Shown here: positions 26,663 through 39,461 of the stretch, piece by piece
Position numbering within the stretch: the first letter of the stretch is position 1
Layout: each line of letters opens with the position of its first letter
Source: Pristiophorus japonicus
Lineage: Eukaryota
NCBI RefSeq assembly: GCF_044704955.1
Contig: NC_091999.1
Coordinates: forward strand, 62,000,001-62,064,000
Length of the DNA: 64,000 nucleotides
Direction: 5' to 3'
Notes under the pieces: model-generated
What the model was told of the DNA's origin: nothing
The model's input: the letters and a program-made list of their open reading frames with translations, nothing else
The model's database searches: none
Translations under genes and position numbers: made by a program

Positions 26663-29136
26663 GTTAGTAAACTTAAGGAAAGCCCAAAGAAATTCGATAA
26701 ATATATTAAGAGCAAGAGGATAACTAAAGAAAGGGTAGGGCCTATTAGAGACCATGAAGGTAATCTTTGTGTGGAGGCGGAAGATGTTGTTATGATTCTT
26801 AATGAATACTTTGCATCTTGTTTTCACAAAGGAAAGGGGCAATGCAGATACTGTTATCGAGGAGGAGTTTGAAATTCTGGATGAAATAAACAGTGAGAGA
26901 GGATTATTAAGGGGTTTAGCAGCTTTGGAAGTAGAAAATTCCCCAGGCCCAGATGAAATGCATCCCAGGCTGTTGAGTGAAGTAAAAGAGGAAATAGCAG
27001 ATCCCTTGACCATCATTTTCCAGTCCTATTTGGATTTGGGCATGGTGCCAGAGGACTGCTAATGTGGTACCCTTGTTTAAGAAGGGAGAAAGGAATCGGC
27101 CGAGTAATTACAAGCCTGTCAGCCTAACCTCAGTGGTGGAAAAGTATTGGAAAATTATTGGAGGATAAATCTACATTTAGAAAGGCAAGGACTAATTAGG
27201 GACAGTCAGCAGAGATTTGTAAAGGTAAGATCGTGTTTCACTAACCTGATTACCTCCTCACAAAATTCAACCAAGAGGGTCGATGAGGGTACTGCATACA
27301 ATGTAGTGTATTTGGCCTTTAGCAAAGCTTTTGATAAGATCCCACATGGTAGACCGGTCACGAAGGTTAAAGCCCATGGGATCCAGAGCAAAGTAGCAAG
27401 TTGGATCCAAAATTGCCTTTGAGGTAGGAAGCAAAGGCTAATGAATGATGGATGTTTTTTGACTGGAAGGATGTTTCCAGTGGGGTTCTGCAGGGCTCAG
27501 TCATGGGTCCCTTGCTTTTTGTGGTATATATCAATGATCTAGATTTGAATCGAGGGAGTAAGATTAAGACATTTATAGACATATAGAGAGAGAAAGACAT
27601 AAAAGAGGTGCAAAATTCCCTAAGTACTGCATTTGAGTGTCAGCCAAGATGATGCGCTCAAGTCTCAGGAGAGGGATTTACACACACGACCTTTTGAATG
27701 GAGCCACTGAAACAAAGCCGATACCAAAGATCACAACCGTATTATTTTCCACAAGTTTTTTAAAAAGTTCCAGGACATACCAAATTCTTGGTGATGATTT
27801 CCATCGACAGTTGCACATACACAGAGACATACAAAAAGATAGACATACACAGACACACACACACATAAAATAACCAAAAATATACACGCATCAACATAGA
27901 AACATAGAAACATAGAAATTAGTTGCAGGAGTAGGCCGTTGGCCCTTCGAGCCTGCACCACCATTCAATAAGATCATGGCTGATCATTCAACCTCAGTAC
28001 CTATATCCTCCTTTCTCTCCATATCCCTTGATCCCTTGAGCCGTAAGGGCCATATCTGACTCCCTCTTCAATATATCTAACGAACTGGCTTCAACAACTT
28101 ACTGCGGTAGAGAATTCCACAGGTTAACCACTCTCTGAATGAAGCTGTTTCTCCTCATCTTGGTCCTAAATGGCTTACCCCTTATTCTTAGACTGTGACC
28201 CCTGGTTCTCGAACTCCCCAGCAACAGAAACATTCTTCCTGCCTCTCACTTGTCCAATCTCGTCAGAATTTTATATGTTTCTATGAGATCCCCTCTCATT
28301 CTTCTAAACTCCAGTGGATACCAGCAGAGTTGATCCAGTCTAGCCTCATATGTTAGTCCTGCCCTCCCTGGAATCAAGCTGGTGAACCATCCCTGTGCTC
28401 CATCCATAGCAAGGACGTCCTTCCTCAGATTTGGAGACCAAAACTAACAGAATATTTAACGTGTGGCTTCACCAAGGCCCTGTACAACTGCAGGAAGACT
28501 TCCCTGCTCCTATATTCAAAGCACCTAGCTATGAAGGCGAACATGCCATTTGCCTTCTTCACCGCCTGTTGCACTTGCATGCCCACTTTCAATGACAGAT
28601 GTAGCATGACACCCAGATCAAGATATACACAGAGTGCCTTAGACAAATAGACGGATAGACAGGCAGGGTCACTGTCGCTACTTTGGCTGGCCTTTGCGTT
28701 TTTCCTTCGAGAATGCTGCCACTGAACCAAAGCCAATGCAAAAGTTCACAAACGTATTATTTTGTCCAAGTCTTTTGAAAAAGTTCCAGGACATACCAAA
28801 TTCATGGTGATGATTTCCACAGACAGTTGCACATACACAGAGACATATATACAGATAGACAGACACAGAGACACACACACACACATAACCAAAAATATAC
28901 ATGCACCAACGGACAGACACAGATGCCTTAGACATATCGAGGGATAGACAGGCTGAATCACGACTTTGGCTGATTTTTGCATTTTTCTATCCGTATGTAT
29001 CGTGAATATTGCAGACTAATAGAAATGTGAAAAAAATGTCAGTGTTGAAAGGTTTGGGACGTTATTCCATCTATCTCAGGATCAGTTTTGCCAAAACCTG
29101 GTTAAATTGTAAAATGGAATGAAAAATGTTGACAAT

Positions 29137-29218
29137 CGTAGTCGGCAGGATTCTAACCTACGCGCAGAAAACCCAAAGTGTTTCTAGTCCATCGCTTTAA
29201 CCACTCTGCCACAATTAC
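29137..29218 (-). tRNA. trnas-aga: tRNA-Ser(AGA), degenerate, probable pseudogene
   Basis: Colinear 82-nt match to vertebrate tRNA-Ser(AGA); B-box changed to GGTTAGAATCC; stem mismatches. Confidence 0.88.
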
Positions 29219-29437
29219 TGCGTCTCTGGCACATTAAATGTTACTCAGAAAAAACTCAGTCGTCCATCTCTGTGCAGCAGACGGCCACAGAATCCTGAAA
29301 AAGTCTCCGTTTGCAAAAAATCTGGAAGAGGCAGTCTCCTCTCTGCTGTATTTTTACTGTTCTATATTGCTCTGGAACATTTTAATAAAATCTATACCAA
29401 GAAACTGAAGTAAAATTCGACATTTTGAAAAAACTAC

Positions 29438-29509
29438 TGCGCCGTCGGGAAATTGAACCCTGTTCTCCCGCATAACTAGCGGGGATAATCACCACTATAC
29501 GGACGAGGG
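29438..29509 (-). tRNA. tRNA-Asp(GTC)-derived pseudogene
   Basis: 72-nt colinear match to tRNA-Asp; anticodon loop mutated (reads GTT). Confidence 0.82.
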
Positions 29510-30459
29510 TATGGGTTGCGTTAGAGCAGTAATCCAGCTGTGAACAGAAGTCGACAGAAACATTGATCGACAGAGACAAACCGACAAACAGGGATAGACA
29601 GACATCGAGAGAGAGAGACAACGCGAGACAGAAAGGGTGAGACTGAAAAGTGAGGCAGACTCAGTGAGAAAAAGACTCAAACACCTACATATACAGAGAT
29701 ATGTGTGTGTGATCTATATATAGAGAGAGGGAAAGAGTGAGAGAAAGACAGTGACAAGTAGAGAGACAGATAGAGAGAGAGCGACAGATAGAGAGAGAGA
29801 CAGATATAAACAGAAAATGATGGAAATACTCAGCAGGTTAGAGGTAGAAACTACCAGCGACAGGCAAAGAGAGACAGACAGGCAGAAACATAGAGTGACA
29901 GAGATGATGGAAAAGAGTGAGACAGTCAGACAGAGAGACTGAGTGAATCCCTTTCGATCAGAACTGGGCACCGTGAGAAAGAGACAGACACATTCAGAAC
30001 CAGAGACAAACAGGGAAACATGGAGAGACAGACAGTGAGATAGAGACAAAGAGAGACAGAAAGTTTGAGACTGAAAGGGAGGATCAGACTGAATGAGAAA
30101 AAGACTCAAACACATACATACACAGAGATGTATTTGCGTGCTCCAAAAAGAGAGGGAGGCAATTAGCGATGGAATGACAGAGAAAAGGACAGGGACAAAG
30201 ATAGAGAAAAAGAGGGAGACAGATAGAGAGAAAGACAGAAAGAGAGAGAGAGACATAGAGACAAAAACAGAAAATACTCAGTCATCCATCTCTGTGCAAC
30301 AGACGGCCACAGAATCCAGAAAAAGTCTCCGTTTGCAAAAGATCTGTAAGAGGCAATCTCCTCTTGCTGTATTTTTACTGTTCTATATTGCTGTGGAACT
30401 TTTTAATATGAATCCAAACCAAGAAACAGAAGTAAAATTCGACATTTTGAAAAAGCTGC

Positions 30460-30531
30460 TTTTCCATCGGGGAATTGAACCTGATTCTCCCGCGTAAAAG
30501 GGGGGCATAATCGGCACGAGATGGACGAGGG
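30460..30531 (-). tRNA. tRNA-Asp(GTC)-derived pseudogene, heavily decayed
   Basis: Same flanks as the other Asp copies; T-arm recognisable; D and anticodon arms degraded. Confidence 0.72.
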
Positions 30532-31417
30532 AACGGGTTGCGTCAGAGCAGTAATCGAGCTGTGAACAGAAGTCGACAGAAACATTGATCGACAGAGACA
30601 AACCGATAAACAGGGATAGGCAGACAACGAGAGAGAGACAACGAGAGACAGAAAGGGTGAGACTGAAAAGACAGTCAGAGTCAGCGAGAAAAAGACTCAA
30701 ACACCTACAGATGCGTGTGTGAAACAGGGAAACAGGGAGAGACAGACAGTGAGATAGAGACAAAGAGAGACATAAACTTTGAGTCTGAAAGGGAGGATCA
30801 GACTGAATGTGAAAAATACTCAAACACATACATACACAGAGATGTATTTGCGTGCTCCATAAAGAGAGGGTGGCAAATAGCGATGGAATGACAGAGAAAA
30901 GGACAGGGACAAAGAGAGAGACAAAGAGGGAGACAAATAGAGAGAAAGACAGAGAGAGAGAGAGGGAGAAGAGTCATAGAGACAAAAACAGAAAATAATG
31001 GAAATACTTATCAGGTTAGAGTCAGGGACTAACAGCGACAGGCAAAGACATGGACAGACAGAAATAATGGGACAGAGAGAGACAGTCAGACAGAGAGTCT
31101 GAGAAAATCCCTTTGCAACAGAACTAGACACCGTGAGAAAGAGACAGATTGAGAGACAGAGACAAACAGAGAAACAGGGACAGACAGAGTGTGTCAGAGA
31201 GAGGCAGACTGAGAGAGACAAAGACTCAAACACACAAACACAAACACAGCTCTCTAAAGAGAGAGAGCGGCAGAGACCGAGCGACACAGATACATTTCAC
31301 AATTTCATTTCATTATCGGCTCAGAGTGTCATATCGTTACAGAAAATTGGAGATTCAGCATTTGAGAATCGTGTATCACTGAGCAGGATTGGAAAAATCT
31401 ATGTTTAATTAAGGAAT

Positions 31418-31500
31418 TACCAGGACTGGGGTTCAAACCCACGCGGGTATAAACCCATTAGATCTTAAGTCCAACACATTTACCACTCGGCCATCCTGGG
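31418..31500 (-). tRNA. trnal-uaa: tRNA-Leu(TAA), degenerate, probable pseudogene
   Basis: 83-nt match to vertebrate tRNA-Leu(TAA); loop CT-TAA-GA intact; T-loop TTTGA. Confidence 0.88.
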
Positions 31501-33281
31501 TCCTGATCCTGTCAGTGGTTGGACTCTGCCTCTGTGAGAATCTGAGCTTCAGCTCCACGCCCACAGCGACACATAGACACATAGGATTTCAGGGAGCATT
31601 TATGAACATTTTTCGTCATATTGACACGGGCGCAACTCTCCTATTCTTTTTCGACTAAGGCTCTGGGAACTTTCACATCCACCCGATGGTGCAGATGGAT
31701 CTTCAATTTAAAATTTCAGCCGATGGTCAACAGCTTCAACAATGCAACATTCCCCAAGTACTGCATTTGAGTGTCAGCCAAGATGATGTGTTCAAGTCTC
31801 AGAAGTGGGACTTACACACACAACCTCCTGATTCAGTCGAGAATGGAGCCACTGAACCAAAACCGATATCAGAGATCACAACCGTATTATTTTCCGCAAG
31901 TTTTTTTAAAAGTTCCAGGACGTACTAAATTCATGGTGATGATTTCCACAAAGAGTTGCACGTACACAGAGACATACATACAGATAGACATACACAGACA
32001 CATACAAACACAATAACCAAAGATATACACGCATCAACATAGAAACATAGAAATTAGGTGCAGGAATATGCCATTCGGCCCTTCGAGCCTGCACCACCAT
32101 TCAATAAGATCATGGCTCATCATTCAACCTCAGTACCCCATTCCTACTTTCTCTCCATACCCCTTGATCCCTTTAGCCGTAAGGGCCCTTTTGAATATAT
32201 CTAACGAACTGGCCTCAACGTCATTCTGCGGTGGAAAATTTCACAGGTTAACCACGCTCTGAATGAAAAAGTTTCTCCTCATCTCGGTCCTAAATTGCTT
32301 ACACCTTATTCTTAGACTGTCATCCTTGGTCTTGAACACCCCAGCAACGAGAACATTCTTCCAGCCTCGAAGCTGTCCAATCTCGTCAGAATTTTATATG
32401 TTTCTATGAGATCCCCACTCATTCTTCTAAACTCCAGTGGATACCAGCCCAGTTGATCCAGTCTCTCCTCATATGTCAGCCCTGCCATTCCGGGAATCAT
32501 GCTGGTGAACCTTCGCTGTGTTCCCTCAATAGCAAGGACGTCCTTCCTCAGATTTGGAGACCAAAACTGAACGCAGTATTTAACGTGTGGCCTCACCAAG
32601 GCCCTGTACAATTGCAGTAAGACCTCCCTGCACCTATACTCAAATCCCCTCGCTATGAAGGCGAACATGCCATTTTGCTTCTTTACCGCCTTCTGCACCT
32701 GCATACCAACAATCAATGACTGATGTACCATGACACCCAGATCAAGATATACATAGGTTGCCTTAGACAAATAGATGGATAGACAGGCAGCGTCACTGTC
32801 GCTACTTTGGCTGGCTTTTGCGTTTTTCAGTCAAGGATGCTGCCACTGAACGAAAGCCAATACCAAAGTTCACAACCGTATTATTTTCCCCAAGTCTTTT
32901 TTAAAAGTTCCAGAACATACCAAATTCATGGTGATGATTTCCACAGACAGTTGCACATACACAGAGACATAGATACAGATAGACAGACACAGAGACACAC
33001 ACACACACACACATAAACAAAAATATACATGCACCAACGGACATGCACAGATGCCTTATACATATAGAGGGATAGACAGGCTGAATCACTTTCGCTACTT
33101 TGGCTGATTTTTGCGTTTTTCTATCTGTATGCATCCTGAATATTGCAGATATTGAGATATTGCATAACAATGAGAAATAGATTTCAGTGTTGAAAGGTGT
33201 GGGACGTTCTTCCGCCTATCTTAGGAACGGTTTTGCAAAAACCTGGTTAAATTATAAAATGGAATGAAAAATGCTGAGAAT

Positions 33282-33363
33282 CAGAGCCAGCAGGATTCGT
33301 TCCTGCGCGGGGTAAACGCAAAGGATTTCTAGAAAATCGCGTTAACCACTCAGCCACAACTAC
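33282..33363 (-). tRNA. tRNA-Ser(AGA) pseudogene
   Basis: 82-nt paralogue of 29137-29218; T-loop and anticodon stem disrupted. Confidence 0.82.
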
Positions 33364-33582
33364 TGCGTCTCTGGCACTTTAAACGTTACTCAGAAAAAAC
33401 TCAGTCATCCATCTCTGTGCAGCAGACGGCCACAAAATCCTGAAAAAGTCTCCGTTTGCATAAAATCTGGAAGAGTCAATCTCCTCTTGCTATATCTTTA
33501 CTGTTCCATATTGCTCTGAAACTTTTTAATACGAATCTTTTCCAAGAAACAGAAGTAAAATTCGACATTTTGAAAAAGCTGC

Positions 33583-33654
33583 TTTTTCATTGGGGAATTG
33601 AACCCGGTTCTTCAACGTAACAGGCGGGGATACTCAACACTATGCGGACGAGAA
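33583..33654 (-). tRNA. tRNA-Asp(GTC)-derived pseudogene
   Basis: 72-nt colinear match with many substitutions. Confidence 0.8.
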
Positions 33655-34838
33655 TACGGGTTGTGGCAAAGCAGTTATCGAGCTGTGAACAGAAGTCGAC
33701 AGACACTTTGAGAGACAGAGACAAACCGACAAACAGGGAGAGACAAATAGCGAGAGAGAGACAACGAGAGACAGAAAGGGTGAGACTGAAAAGTCAAGCA
33801 GACTCTGAGAAAAAGACTCAAACACCTACAGAAAAAGAGATGTGTGTGTGTGATCAATAAAGAGAGAGAGGGAAAACGTGAAAGAAAGACAATGATAAAG
33901 AGAGTGACAATGAGAGAGACAGATAGAGAGACAGCGACAGATTGGGAGAGAGGCAAAGATATAAACAGAAAATGATGGAAATACTCAGCAGGTTAGAGAC
34001 AGGAACTACCAGCGACAGGCAAAGAGAGACAGATAGGCAGAAAAGATAGACAGACAGAGATGATGGGAAAGAGTGAGACAGTCAGACAGAGAGACTGAGA
34101 GAATCTCATTCGAACAGAACTGGACACCGTGAGAAAGTGACAGACACATTGAGAACCAGAGACAAACAGGGAAACGAGGAGAGACAGATAGCGAGGTAGA
34201 GACAAAGAGAGAAATAAAGTTTGAGACTGAAAGGGAGGATCAGACTGAATGAGAAAAAGACTCAAACACAGACGTGCACAGAGATGTATTTGCATGCTCC
34301 ATAAAGAGAGGGAGGCAGATAGTTATGGAATGACAGAGAAAAAGAGGGACAAAAAGAGAGACAAAGAGGGCGACAGATCGAGGGAAAGACAGATAGAGAG
34401 AGAGAGACATAGAGATAAAAACAGAAAATAATGGAAATACTTATCAGGTTAGAGACAGGGACTAACAGAGACAGGCAAAGACATGGACAGACAGAGATAA
34501 CGGGACAGAAAGAGACAGTCAGACATAGAGTCTGAGAGAATCCCATGGCAACAGAACTAGACACCGTGAGAAAGAGACAGATTGAGAGACAGAGACAAAC
34601 AGAGAAACAGGGACAAACAGAGTGGGTCAGAGAGAGGTAGACAGAGAGAGAGACAAAGACTCAAACACGAAAACACAAACACAGCTCTCTAAAGAGAGAG
34701 AGTGACACAGATACATTTCAAAATTTCATTTCTTTTTCGGCTCAGAGTGTCACATAGTTACAGAAAATTGGAGATTCAGCAGATGAAAATCGGGTATCAC
34801 TGAGCAGGATGGGAAAAATCTCTGTTTAATTAAGGGAT

Positions 34839-34921
34839 TACCAGAAGGCGGGGTTGAACCCACGTGGGTATAAACCCATTACATCTTAAGTCTAACGCCT
34901 TTACCCCTCGGCCATCCTGGT
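34839..34921 (-). tRNA. tRNA-Leu(TAA) pseudogene
   Basis: Paralogue of 31418-31500; T-loop damaged. Confidence 0.83.
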
Positions 34922-36386
34922 CGTGATCATGTCAGTGGTTGGTCTCTACCTCGGTGAGAATCTGGGCTTCAGCTCCACCCCCACAGTGACACACAGACAC
35001 ATTGGATTTCAGGGAGCATTTACGAACATTTTTCGTAATATTGACACGGGTGCAGCTCTCCGATTCTTTTTCGACTAAGGCTCTGGGAACTTTCACATAC
35101 ACCCGAGGGGGCAGATGGAGCTTCAATTTAAAATTTCAGCCGATGGTCAACAGCTTCAACAATGCAACATTCCCCAAATACTGCATTTGACTGTCATCCA
35201 AGATGATGTTTTCAAGTCTCAGCAGTGGGACTTACACACACAACCTCCTGCTTCAGTCGAGAATGGAGCCACTGAACCAAAGTTCACAACCGTATTATTT
35301 CCCCAAGTTTTTTTAAAAGTTCCAGGACGTACCAAATTCATGGTGATGATTTCCACAGACATTTGCACATACACAGATACATACATACAGATAGACATAC
35401 ACAGATACACGCACACACAATAAGCAAAAATATACACGCATCAACATAGAAACATAGAAATTAGGTGCAGGAATATGACATTCGGCCCTTCGAACCTGCA
35501 CCACCATTCAATAAGATCATGGCTCATCATTCAACCTCTGTACCCATTTCCTGCTTTCTCTCCATGCCCCTTGATCTCTTTAGCCATAAGGGCCATATCT
35601 AACTCCCTTTTGATTATATCTAACGAACTGGCCTCAACGACTTTCTGCGGTAGAAAATTTCACAGGTTAACCACTCTCTGAGTGAAGAAGTTTCTCCTCA
35701 TCTCGGTCATAAATGGCTTACCCCTTATTTTTAGAATTTAATCCTTGGTCTCAAACACCCCAGCAACGAGAACATTCTTCCAGTCTCTAAGTTGTCCAAT
35801 CTCGTCAGAATTTTATATGTTTCTGTGTGATCCCCTCTCATTCTTCTAAACTCCAGTGGATACCAGTCCAGTTGATCCAGTCTCTCCTCAGATGTCAATC
35901 CTGCCATCCCGGGAATCATGCTGGTGAACCTTCGCTGTAATCCCTCAATAGCAAGTACGTCCTTTCTCAGATTCGGGGACCAAAACTGAACACAACATTC
36001 CAGGTATGGCCTCACCAAGGCCCTGTACAACTGCAGTAAGACATCCCTGCTCCTATACTCAAATCACCCAGCTATGAAGGCGAACATGCCATATATAGAG
36101 ATAGAGAGACACAGAGACACACACACACATAACCAAAAATTTGCACGCACCAACGGGCATGCACAGATGCCTTAGACATCTCGAGGGATATACAGGCTGA
36201 ATCACTGTCGCAACTTTGACTGATGTTTGCGATTTTTGAAACGGATGTATCGTGAATATTGCAGATTAATAAAAATGAGAATAAACTGTCAGTGTTGAAA
36301 GGTGTGGGACGTTATTCCATTTATCTCAGGATCAGTTTGCCAGAGAACCGGTTAAATTGTGAAATGGAATGAAAAATGCTGAGAAT

Positions 36387-36466
36387 CGTTGTCGGCAGGA
36401 TTCGAACCTGGCGGAATAACCCAATGGATTTCTCTTCCGTCGCGTTAACCACTCGGCCACGAGTAC
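36387..36466 (-). tRNA. tRNA-Ser(AGA) pseudogene
   Basis: A-box TGGCCGAGTGG and B-box GGTTCGAATCC intact; anticodon arm mutated; 2 nt shorter than canonical. Confidence 0.85.
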
Positions 36467-36707
36467 TGTGTCTTTCATGGACAGACAGAGTGAGTCAGAC
36501 TGAGAGAGACAAAGACTCAAACATCCCAACGCATGCACAGTTCTCTGAAGAGAGAGATGCAGAGACCGAGCGACACAAATGCATTTCATAATTTAATTTC
36601 ATTATCGGTTCAGAGTGTCACATTGTTACAGAAAATTGCTGATTCAACCGATGAAAATTCGGTTTTATTGATCAGAATGGGAGGAAATCCGTGTCAAATT
36701 GAAGAGA

Positions 36708-36790
36708 TACCAGGAGTAGGGCACGAACCCACGCGGGAAAAGCCCCATTCAATTTTAAGGACAACGCCTTAACCACTCGGCTACCCTAGC
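36708..36790 (-). tRNA. tRNA-Leu(TAA) pseudogene
   Basis: 83-nt match; T-loop and stems mutated. Confidence 0.82.
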
Positions 36791-36824
36791 CTGTGAAAAC
36801 CTTGTGAGTACAAGGTAGAGATTC

Positions 36825-37802
36825 ATAGAAACATAGAAACATAGAAACAAAGAAAATAGGTGCAGGAGCAGGCCATTCAGCCCTTCTAGCCTGCACCGCC
36901 ATTCAATGAGTTCATGGCTGAACATGAAACTTCAGTACCCCCTTCCTGCATTCTCATCATAACCCTTGATCCCCCGAGTAGTAAGGACTTCATCTAACTC
37001 TCTTTTGTATATATTTAGTGAATTGGCCTCAACTACTTTCACCACTCTCTGGGTGAAGAAGTTTCTCCTCATCTCGATCCTAAATGGCTTACCCCTTATC
37101 CTCAGACTGTGACCCCTGGTTCTGGACTTCCCCAACATTTGGAACATTCTTTCTGCATCTAACCTGTCTAAACCCGTCAGAATTTTAAACGTTTCCATGA
37201 GGTCCCCTCTCATTCTTCTGAACTCCAGTGAATACAAGCCCAGTTGATCCAGTCTTTCTTGATAGGTCAATCCCGCCATCCCGGGAATCAGTCTGGTGAA
37301 TCTTCGCTGCACTCCCTCAATAGCAAGAATGTCCTTGCTCAAGTTAGGAGACCAAAACTGTACACAATACTCCAGGTGTGGCCTCACCAAGGCCCTGTAC
37401 AACTGTAGCAACACCTCCCTGCCCCTGTATTAAAATCCCCTCGCTACAAAGGCCAACATGCCATTTGCTTTCTTAACCGCCTGCTGTACCTGCATGCTAA
37501 CCTTCAATGACTGATGTACCATGACACCCAGGTCTCGTTGCACCTTCCTTTTCCTAATCTGTCACCATTCAGATAATAGTCTGTCTCTCTGTTTTTACCA
37601 CCAAAGTGGATAACCTCACATTTACCCACATTATACTTCATCTGCCATGCATTTGCCCACTCACCTAACCTATCCAAGTCACTCTGCAGCCTCATAGCAT
37701 CCTCCTCGCAGCTCACACTGCCACCCATCTTAGTGTCATCCACAAATTTGGAGATACTGCATTTAATCCCCTCGTCTAAATCATTAATGTACAATGTAAA
37801 CA
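36825..37802 (-). mobile_element. 5'-truncated CR1 inside the tRNA array
   Basis: ORFs 36932..37414 and 37504..37806; (CATAGAAA)n tail at ~36825-36848. Confidence 0.93.
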
Positions 37803-37999
37803 ACACTCAGAAAAAACTCAGTCATCCATCTCTGTGCAGCAGACGGCCAAAGAATCGTGAAAAAGTCTCCGTTTGCTAAAAATCTGGAAGAGGCTCTATC
37901 TTCTACATGTACCTTTACAGTTCTTTCTTGCTCTGGAACTTTTTAATATGAATCTCTACCAAGAAACAGAAGTAAAATTCTATATTTTGAAACAACTGC

Positions 38000-38071
38000 C
38001 TCTCCGTCGGGGAATTGAACGCCGGTCTCTCGCGTGACAGGCGGGGTTACTCACCACTATACAAACGAGGA
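38000..38071 (-). tRNA. trnad-guc: tRNA-Asp(GTC), best-preserved copy, possibly a pseudogene
   Basis: About 6 differences from canonical vertebrate tRNA-Asp(GTC); anticodon intact; mismatches in D, anticodon and T stems. Confidence 0.9.
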
Positions 38072-38796
38072 ACTGTCGAGTGCCAGTTTTGTCAGAGCAG
38101 GAATCGAGCCAGTGTGAACAGAATTGGACACCATGAGAAGTCGACAGACACATTGAGAGACAGAGACAAACCGACAAACAGGGAGAGACGGACAGCGAGA
38201 TAGAGACAACGAGAGACAGAAAGTGTGAGACTGAGAAGGAGAGGCAGACTGAGTGAGAAAAAGACTCAAACATATACATATACAGAGATGTGTGTGTGTG
38301 ATCTATTAAGAGAGAGAGGGAAAGAATGAGAGAAAGACAATGATAAAGACAGTGACAAGGAGAGAGACAGATTGAGAGAGAGCGATAGAGACTAAAACAG
38401 AAAATGATGGAAATACTTCTCAGCTTACAGGCAGGGACTAACAGAGACAGCCAAAGACATGGACAGACCGAAATGATGGGAAAGAGAGAGCCAGTCAGGC
38501 AAAGAGTCTGAGAGAATCCCATTGGAACAGACGTGGCACCGTGAGAAAGAGACAGATTGAGAGACAGAGATAAACAGAGAAACAGGGACAGACAGAGAGA
38601 GACAAAGACTCAAACATATGCACAACACTCTGAAGAGAGAGAGAGAGGCAGAGACCGAGCGACACAGATACATTTCACAATTTCATTTCATTATCGGTTC
38701 AGAGTGTCACATTGTTACAGAAATTTGCTGATTCAACCGATGAAAATCCGGTCTCACTGATCAGAATGGGAGGAAATCCGTGTTAAATTAAAGAGA

Positions 38797-38878
38797 TACC
38801 AGGAGTCGGGTACGAACCCACGCGGGAAAAACCCATTGAATTTTAAGGCCAACGCCTCAACCACTCGGCTATCCTGGT
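38797..38878 (-). tRNA. tRNA-Leu(TAA) pseudogene
   Basis: 82-nt match; TAA anticodon retained; T-loop TTCGTA. Confidence 0.85.
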
Positions 38879-39461
38879 CCTGTGAGAGTCTGGATTCTGT
38901 CTCGTTGAGAATCTGGGCTTCAACCCCAACCCCACATACAAACGCATACAATTCGGCTTTCAGTGAGCATTTCCGAACATTTTTAGTAATATTGACACGG
39001 GTGCAATATCCAGATATTTTTGTTTTTGTATCCCCTCAAAACAATACTATTTAGATGATACTGCCTCTCCATGTTCCACCCAAAGTGCACCGCTTCTCAA
39101 TTATCCGCATTAAATTGCACCTGCCATGTCCCTGCCCATTTCACTCGTCTCTCTGATTCCTCTTCAAGTCTGTTACTATCATGCTCACTATTGGCTACGT
39201 AGCCATGTTTTGCTTCATCTTCGGACTTCAAGATGGAATCTCTATAACCAAGTCCAGGTCATTGTTATATAACAAGTACTACAAAGGGAATTGAAATGGG
39301 CCGTTTTAAGGAGAAACTTCCAATTAACCGGATTTTGGAATGGTATTTAATTCGAATCATTTATTGAGTGGGAGGAAGGAGGAAACTCAAGAAACGTCCA
39401 TTCAATAGAATGGAATAGAGCCCAGATCACAGTGCGCTGAGTAGGGAGAAACTGCTTCCGC

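Larger units (their letters stand above)
18815..27575 (+). mobile_element. Degraded CR1 (ORF1 esterase, ORF2 EN-RT), split by the Gypsy element and cut off at ~27575
   Basis: VVIGDSIVRG and DGLHLN (SGNH); YFNARSI and GDFNYP (EN); ORF2 reads HEKYLVSKLKESPKKF across the Gypsy TSD; RT motifs 26900-27575. Confidence 0.9.
27600..39020 (-). repeat. Tandem macro-repeat (~3.4-4.1 kb units) of degenerate tRNA-Ser/Asp/Leu genes with GA-rich spacers, a shared CR1 3' fragment and a decayed SINE
   Basis: Unit landmarks recur at ~27610, ~31745 and ~35165; CR1 fragments at ~27895-28617, ~32037-32741 and ~35445-36090; tRNA flanks are near-identical between units. Confidence 0.92.

Noticed and set aside
29382-38760. 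Many Ser/Leu/Cys-rich or Arg/Glu-rich ORFs
   Set aside because: Translations of GA/CT low-complexity spacers.
39428-39455. CACAGTG just upstream of the broken CH1 as a 12-RSS
   Set aside because: Nonamer position AGAAACTGC matches only 5/9, overlaps CR1-like sequence, and no V, D or J coding sequence adjoins.
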